From contig OY760937.1 in NCBI GenBank assembly GCA_963664225.1, positions 2,176,001 to 2,240,000 of the forward strand: 64,000 nucleotides of DNA, read 5' to 3'. The DNA is from Verrucomicrobiia bacterium (GTDB lineage: Bacteria; Verrucomicrobiota; Verrucomicrobiia; Limisphaerales; UBA1319). The notes beneath the pieces were generated by a model. That model worked only from the letters and a program-made list of their open reading frames with translations, made no database searches and was not told the origin of the DNA. Shown piece after piece: positions 58,914 through 64,000 of the stretch; position 1 is the stretch's first letter, and each line of letters opens with the position of its first letter. The position numbers and the translations under genes were made by a program.

Positions 58914-61900
58914 CTAGGGCAGCCACACCGCGCGATAGAAGCGAGGGGAGCGCGCGGTATTTCCTGAATCGGCGATCTCGTACCGGTTTGTTTCGGACAG
59001 ACGTTGGTCAAGCGTTGTCCAAGTAATCAAATTTTCCGAGTATTGAACCTCATATTTTTGCCCGGGCAATGCCACGATCGTCACGCGTGGAGCAAAAGTG
59101 CGGGCGCTGGCGGGATTCAAACTGATTACCGGTGCCAGGACCTTGCGCAGACCCGATGCGAAGCGCCCCAGTTCATTGCGATCTCCTTGATCGGTATCCT
59201 GCAATGTGGAAAGAGCTCCGCGGTAATTGCCCAACTTGAGCGCCGCATTCGCCGACATCATGTGCGTGCCTTCAGCCAGCAATAGTGAGCGCGCGTCCGC
59301 CACTTCCAGCGCCGCCTGGGAATGCTGCCATGCCGCAAGGTAATCTCCCGCCGCATAGGCCTGAAAAGCCAGCCGGTGTTTGTGAATGGCTCTTTGAACG
59401 TCGTTGGTGGCAGCGTTGACTTTAAAACGAATATCCTGGGCGGACATGTAACCGAAATCAGGGAGGGCTTCCTCTTCCACCATGCCGTCACCGTCCCAGA
59501 GGACAGACAGGAAATATTCGCCCGGTGTCAATTGAATGGCTTCAGGTGGCAGCAACCATTCCCGGCTTCGAGCCAAAGGTTTCATGCCAAAGGAATCAGG
59601 CGAGACGGCCAATGGCCGCAGGTAATTGTTCGATGAACTACTCGACGATAAAACTTCCACCCATCGGGAATCGTCCTCGTAGCGAAAGAGCACAAAGTCG
59701 AGATTCTCATGCCAATTGGTTGAGATGGTCGGATACAGGAGCGTGGCGGGCACATTGGTTCCAGTCCGCGCGGCCTGGAGCAGGGCCTGCTGATAGGCGC
59801 GACAGGCGAGGCTGACTTCAATCCGCAGCGGATCACCGGCCAGGGGCGCATCCCAGAGCAACTCAGAAGTTAGCGTCAAGGCGGGGGCCGCATCGACCAA
59901 TGTTCCTGCCAGATGGGAGCTGATGGGATCGCTGAGCAAATAAATTCTCTCACGGCTGCGCAGACCAGCAGCAGCCGGAGACCGAGGAGCGTCCGAACGG
60001 TCCGTGACCTGAATCTGATTCCAGCAGGAAATTCCATCGACAGTCCCCACGGCACTGCGGCAATAAATGTCCGGCCAGGGACTGCGCGAGGCAAGTTCGA
60101 AGCGGTCGTTGGGCGTTCGCGATCCGGCCCATTGGAAATAGCGCATCACGCAGTTGGAAGGGCCAAAAAAACCGGGGCTGGTCAGGTCTTTGATGCCCAG
60201 ACCGTGTCCCACTTCGTGCGTCAGCGTCGCGGCAAAAATGCTCCAGTTGCGTTTTTCATACGAATCCGAATTCGCCGTTATGTACTCGTCCCGAAGTGTC
60301 CTGGCGCGTTCATCGAGCCGGGTCCGTTCTGCGGCGCTGGTGGCTGGGTCGCTGTAGTGTGCGAACTCGGGCAGGCCGAACGTGTGAAAAAGGGCGGCAT
60401 CACGGGTCCACTTGTCGATGTTATTTGCGTACACTTCAACGGCCATCCAGCCGGCAGGCGAACCCCAACTGGAGGCTGTCTGATCGGGAAACGTCAATCC
60501 CAGTGCGGTGACGGCCTCCGTATTATTGGTACCGAATTTCGCCTTGAGCATGTCGTTGTAGTCGGCGGGGTACAGGGGGCTGTCGGTGAACGGAAAACGC
60601 AGGTGCAAGGCGTGCTGATCGGTGGTATGCACATCGTCGGTCGAATTGAAATTGACGAGCCGTTTTTTAGCTCCGGATCCACCCGGCCCCGTCCAGTTCT
60701 CTTCATCCACAAAAATCACCTCGCAATCCAGGGCGTCGATGAAACTCACTCCACCCGGTTCGGTGGTCGTCTTGAGCGCCCATCCGGTCGGGTCATAAAC
60801 AAACACATGCTTTTTGTGAGGCTCCAAACGCTGGTGATAGCCTTTGACGACGAATCCGCGATATTTCTCGTATAACGATATGCCATCGCCCAGGGTATAT
60901 TGGCCGGACGGTTGATCCGCCTCATCCCATTTGGCGGGGAGTTCCTCAACGCCCTTCTCCTGTTCCCAGGCGTCGGCGATGTGATTGTGATTATCGTCCT
61001 TGGGCAGATCCAGGTAGTCCTTGCCGGGATCGCCTTCCAAATGTGCTTTAACAGTGGTGCCATCATTGACCACCACCTCCACCCTCAATCGGCCGTACGC
61101 TCCAAAGTCGTAGCTTTCAATGGTCACAGATTGCTCGTTGGTATCTTCCTCCGTCTGGCCTGTGGCATCGTCGTCCAGCAATAAATTGTCGCCTTCCTTC
61201 AATTTCAAATCAGGATCATCGCTGGCCTCGTCCTTGGTGGGTGCGTTGACACAATACCCAGGCTGTTGAGAAACATCCTCCAGTGTGACATAAAAAGTTC
61301 CGGTCATGTCTGCGGCGGGTTCTTTTTCCCCTTTGTGGCGAAGCTGAACATTCACGCCAATGCTGTTTCCCGGCTTGTAGCGATCCTTATTCCCGGCTGC
61401 CAGCCATGTGTCGAAGTCCGATGGGGGAATGATCACGGCCTCCCACTCGCCCGGTGTATAAGTAAGGGTGCAGGTGGCCTGGATCGAGTCCGACCCGCAG
61501 GTTCCTGACTGCGACCAGTTCGTCGAGCCCGTGGCGCTGAACGCCTTGTTACCGGGCGTGAATTCCACATGGATTTCCTCCGGGGCAAAACTGTTCTGGT
61601 TGGTGTTGATGGAGGCCATACAATCCCCAATGGCTGCGATGGCGATGAAACCACATTCGAAGCATTCCGGCTCTGTCGTTGTGGACGGTTTGCCAAAGCG
61701 AATGACGGCGATTCCTCCCTCAAAATCCAATGTTCGGATACTGACATGCCCATTGGTGGACCCCGGATCGCTCAAGACAGACGTAACACTCTTGCTGATC
61801 GGATTTTTTCCGGTAATGGAATACTTTCCCGCACCCGACGCGCTCGTTTGCGACTTTTCATCCACGATTTCCCATGAGCCATCGACTTGCTCGAACGTCA

Positions 61901-62141
61901 AATCGCCTGAGAGGCTCACCTGCTCATCGGCAGCAATTGACATGTTGTAAGGTTTATCCTCTGAATCACGAAAGTCCTTGCTCCAGCCGGTGATGCTAGT
62001 CCAGGTGACCTTGCAACTCACCTTCAATTGGGCGGCGCCCGGGGTGGAAGCCGAATCCACTTTGGTTCCACCCCAAAGCAAACAGAGGGCCGTCAGGGAT
62101 GTGCAAACACGATGAATCAAAACGCCAAAATGCTTTTGCAT
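58914..62141 (-). CDS. Large secreted multidomain protein with HEXXH zinc-peptidase motif
   Basis: Signal peptide; DDNHNHIADAWE; THEVGHGLG...CVMRY; TPR-like helix; C-terminal YEVQYSENL..W...PRFYR. Confidence 0.8.
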   Translation of the reverse strand: MQKHFGVLIHRVCTSLTALCLLWGGTKVDSASTPGAAQLKVSCKVTWTSITGWSKDFRDSEDKPYNMSIAADEQVSLSGDLTFEQVDGSWEIVDEKSQTSASGAGKYSITGKNPISKSVTSVLSDPGSTNGHVSIRTLDFEGGIAVIRFGKPSTTTEPECFECGFIAIAAIGDCMASINTNQNSFAPEEIHVEFTPGNKAFSATGSTNWSQSGTCGSDSIQATCTLTYTPGEWEAVIIPPSDFDTWLAAGNKDRYKPGNSIGVNVQLRHKGEKEPAADMTGTFYVTLEDVSQQPGYCVNAPTKDEASDDPDLKLKEGDNLLLDDDATGQTEEDTNEQSVTIESYDFGAYGRLRVEVVVNDGTTVKAHLEGDPGKDYLDLPKDDNHNHIADAWEQEKGVEELPAKWDEADQPSGQYTLGDGISLYEKYRGFVVKGYHQRLEPHKKHVFVYDPTGWALKTTTEPGGVSFIDALDCEVIFVDEENWTGPGGSGAKKRLVNFNSTDDVHTTDQHALHLRFPFTDSPLYPADYNDMLKAKFGTNNTEAVTALGLTFPDQTASSWGSPAGWMAVEVYANNIDKWTRDAALFHTFGLPEFAHYSDPATSAAERTRLDERARTLRDEYITANSDSYEKRNWSIFAATLTHEVGHGLGIKDLTSPGFFGPSNCVMRYFQWAGSRTPNDRFELASRSPWPDIYCRSAVGTVDGISCWNQIQVTDRSDAPRSPAAAGLRSRERIYLLSDPISSHLAGTLVDAAPALTLTSELLWDAPLAGDPLRIEVSLACRAYQQALLQAARTGTNVPATLLYPTISTNWHENLDFVLFRYEDDSRWVEVLSSSSSSNNYLRPLAVSPDSFGMKPLARSREWLLPPEAIQLTPGEYFLSVLWDGDGMVEEEALPDFGYMSAQDIRFKVNAATNDVQRAIHKHRLAFQAYAAGDYLAAWQHSQAALEVADARSLLLAEGTHMMSANAALKLGNYRGALSTLQDTDQGDRNELGRFASGLRKVLAPVISLNPASARTFAPRVTIVALPGQKYEVQYSENLITWTTLDQRLSETNRYEIADSGNTARSPRFYRAVWLP

Positions 62142-62552
62142 AAATGTCTCCTGCATTGCTGCGATGCGTAGGCTTGATAATATTGAAGGCGCGCCAGTTC
62201 TGTCAATATATATGATAAAATAAACAGGCATGGATCGCGAACTCCTTGTGGCCGCTTGGCGGGAGACCGGGAGACTGCGAGGCCGGATGGAAGGAATGAG
62301 ACCATCCTAAGATCCTTCGTCTCTGGGTGGATCAGCCCAGGAATCCGGGATGGTCATAATAAGAGTTGGCGAAATGTGTCAGGGGGGATAAACAGAAGGC
62401 GATCCCGGGCCGACCGCTGCGGCACAAGACAATCGTGATCCCGAGGTGGATTGGGTCAGTGCCCGGACATGGCACAGGCGCAGACGGACCATGTCACTTG
62501 CAAGCCGGCTCAAGAACAGTGCCAAATGTCCATGGTGAGGCCCGACAGCTAT

Positions 62553-64000
62553 ATGAAGAATATGACAAAAACCATGATCAGACAGGCGTTAACCACCGAT
62601 GCAACATCAGCAAGTCGCCGGTGGTGTTTGCATCTCATTGCGGTTATTGTTTTCGCTCTGACGGTGAGAGGCACACCATTGGCTTTCGCCCAGGAGGTCA
62701 AGGTGGTGACTTCGTCCAAAGCAGGCGATCGTTTTGCCCCGAAGCCTACCACCCGCTTTCTGACCTCGTCTGGAACAAAAAGCCAGTTCCAGATAACTGA
62801 AACAGTCCACCACCAGACTGTCGCGGGGTTTGGAGCCTCGTTCCTCGAAGCGGGAATGGTTTGCATAAACAGCCTGCCGGAGGACGGGCAGGAAAAGGTT
62901 TTGCGAGCTTTGTTTGATCCCGTCAACGGCGTCGGCTTCTCGGCCATGAAAACCGTGGTCGCCGGCACTGACTTCATGTCCGCCGGTCCGTGGTACAGTT
63001 ACGACGACGTTCCGGGCGATGTGGAGATGAAGAAATTTTCCATTGCTCGCGATCTCGGCACCAACGGCCTCGTCAATTACATCAAGCGCGCCCGGAAACA
63101 TGGCAGGTTCGTGCTCCAGGCGCCGATGGATTATCCGCCGGACTGGATGCTGTTCGACGTCAATAAAAACCAGGACGTCAACCCTCAATATTTCGACGCC
63201 CTGGCCCTTTATTATCTGCGCTACCTGCAGGAGTACCAAAAACAAGGCATATTCATCGACTACCTCAGCCTTTTCAATGAACCGGGCATTTACACCAAGA
63301 TCCCGTATCCGAAGATTCGCGACCTGATCAAAAACCACGTCGGCCCTCTGCTGCGAAAAGAGGGCATTCAAACGAAACTCCAACTCAGCGAGGCTAGCAG
63401 CCGCGACGATGCCTCCCGGAAATATCCGGTGGTGTTGGACGATCCCGAGGCCCGGAAGTACATCTCGGTTCTGCCCTATCACGGGTACGATTTGCAGCAC
63501 TTCAACCTGATTGCCTCGCTGCGGGAACGTTATCCCGATCTGCCGTTGTGGATGACAGAGTTATGCCACGCCTACCAGGCCGGCACCCCGAAATCCATGA
63601 AACTGCCACGGTACGACTTCGAGGACGGCGAGTTTTGGGCCAACCAGATTTTCTCTGATCTCGAAGCAGGCGCGTCCGCCTGGATTTATTGGAACATGAT
63701 TCTCGATCAGAACGGCGGGCCATGGCTCGTATCGCCCGTTCACGGCAATCCCGATCCGAACGTCCAGCATCCGGTGGTCATCATCGACCGTAAGACCCAA
63801 CAGGTGACTTATACCGGCCTTTATTACTATTTAGGACATTTCAGCAAGTTTATCCGTCCCAGATCGATCCGCATCGGCGCCACCGGGAATGTCAGGGATG
63901 TTCGATGTCTCGCTTTTCAAGATCAGAATCACCAAATCGTGGTTCAACTTCTTAACAGCAACACCGAAGACACCCAGGTCGGTTTGGACTGGCATGGCCA
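62553..64000 (+). CDS. GH30 glycoside hydrolase (glucosylceramidase-like), 3' end outside window
   Basis: Manual translation; absent from the ORF track because no stop falls in the window: QTVAGFGASF, SLFNEP, LWMTELC, WIYWNMILD..GGP, YYLGHFSKFIRP. Confidence 0.92.
   Translation, partial: MKNMTKTMIRQALTTDATSASRRWCLHLIAVIVFALTVRGTPLAFAQEVKVVTSSKAGDRFAPKPTTRFLTSSGTKSQFQITETVHHQTVAGFGASFLEAGMVCINSLPEDGQEKVLRALFDPVNGVGFSAMKTVVAGTDFMSAGPWYSYDDVPGDVEMKKFSIARDLGTNGLVNYIKRARKHGRFVLQAPMDYPPDWMLFDVNKNQDVNPQYFDALALYYLRYLQEYQKQGIFIDYLSLFNEPGIYTKIPYPKIRDLIKNHVGPLLRKEGIQTKLQLSEASSRDDASRKYPVVLDDPEARKYISVLPYHGYDLQHFNLIASLRERYPDLPLWMTELCHAYQAGTPKSMKLPRYDFEDGEFWANQIFSDLEAGASAWIYWNMILDQNGGPWLVSPVHGNPDPNVQHPVVIIDRKTQQVTYTGLYYYLGHFSKFIRPRSIRIGATGNVRDVRCLAFQDQNHQIVVQLLNSNTEDTQVGLDWHG

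Noticed and set aside
62470..62486. Sigma-54 promoter upstream of GH30 (TGGCAC)
   Set aside because: No GC at the -12 position.

Overview
GC-rich bacterial window, most likely Verrucomicrobiota (inferred from a VPDSG-CTERM protein, a PVC-type C-terminal domain, the style of the attC-like sites and many secreted glycoside hydrolases). Left part (1-12.7 kb): a probable island at tRNA-Gly(GCC). It holds a Cys-rich-GAF sigma-54 activator flanked by two sigma-54 promoters with matching tandem enhancer boxes, one driving an operon of small uncharacterised proteins and the other an EmrAB-OMF-DedA efflux operon. It also holds an intact group II intron inserted exactly at the terminal inverted repeat (TIR) of a 164-bp MITE; the intron's EBS1/EBS2 sequences are complementary to that TIR. 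Middle: ABC exporter, RES-Xre TA pair, two-component system, VPDSG-CTERM gene, GH172, a Y1 HUH transposase embedded in an 18-copy REP-like array, the PDH operon (aceE-aceF-lpdA), a lipoate ligase, and a vapBC module bracketed by a duplicated ligase 3' end. Right: a 3.2-kb mosaic REP-like array, an integrase-less array of six small genes with five degenerate attC-like sites, GH106, TatD/TcdA, an AGE epimerase, a large HEXXH protein and a partial GH30. All calls come from reading the sequence; no searches were run.
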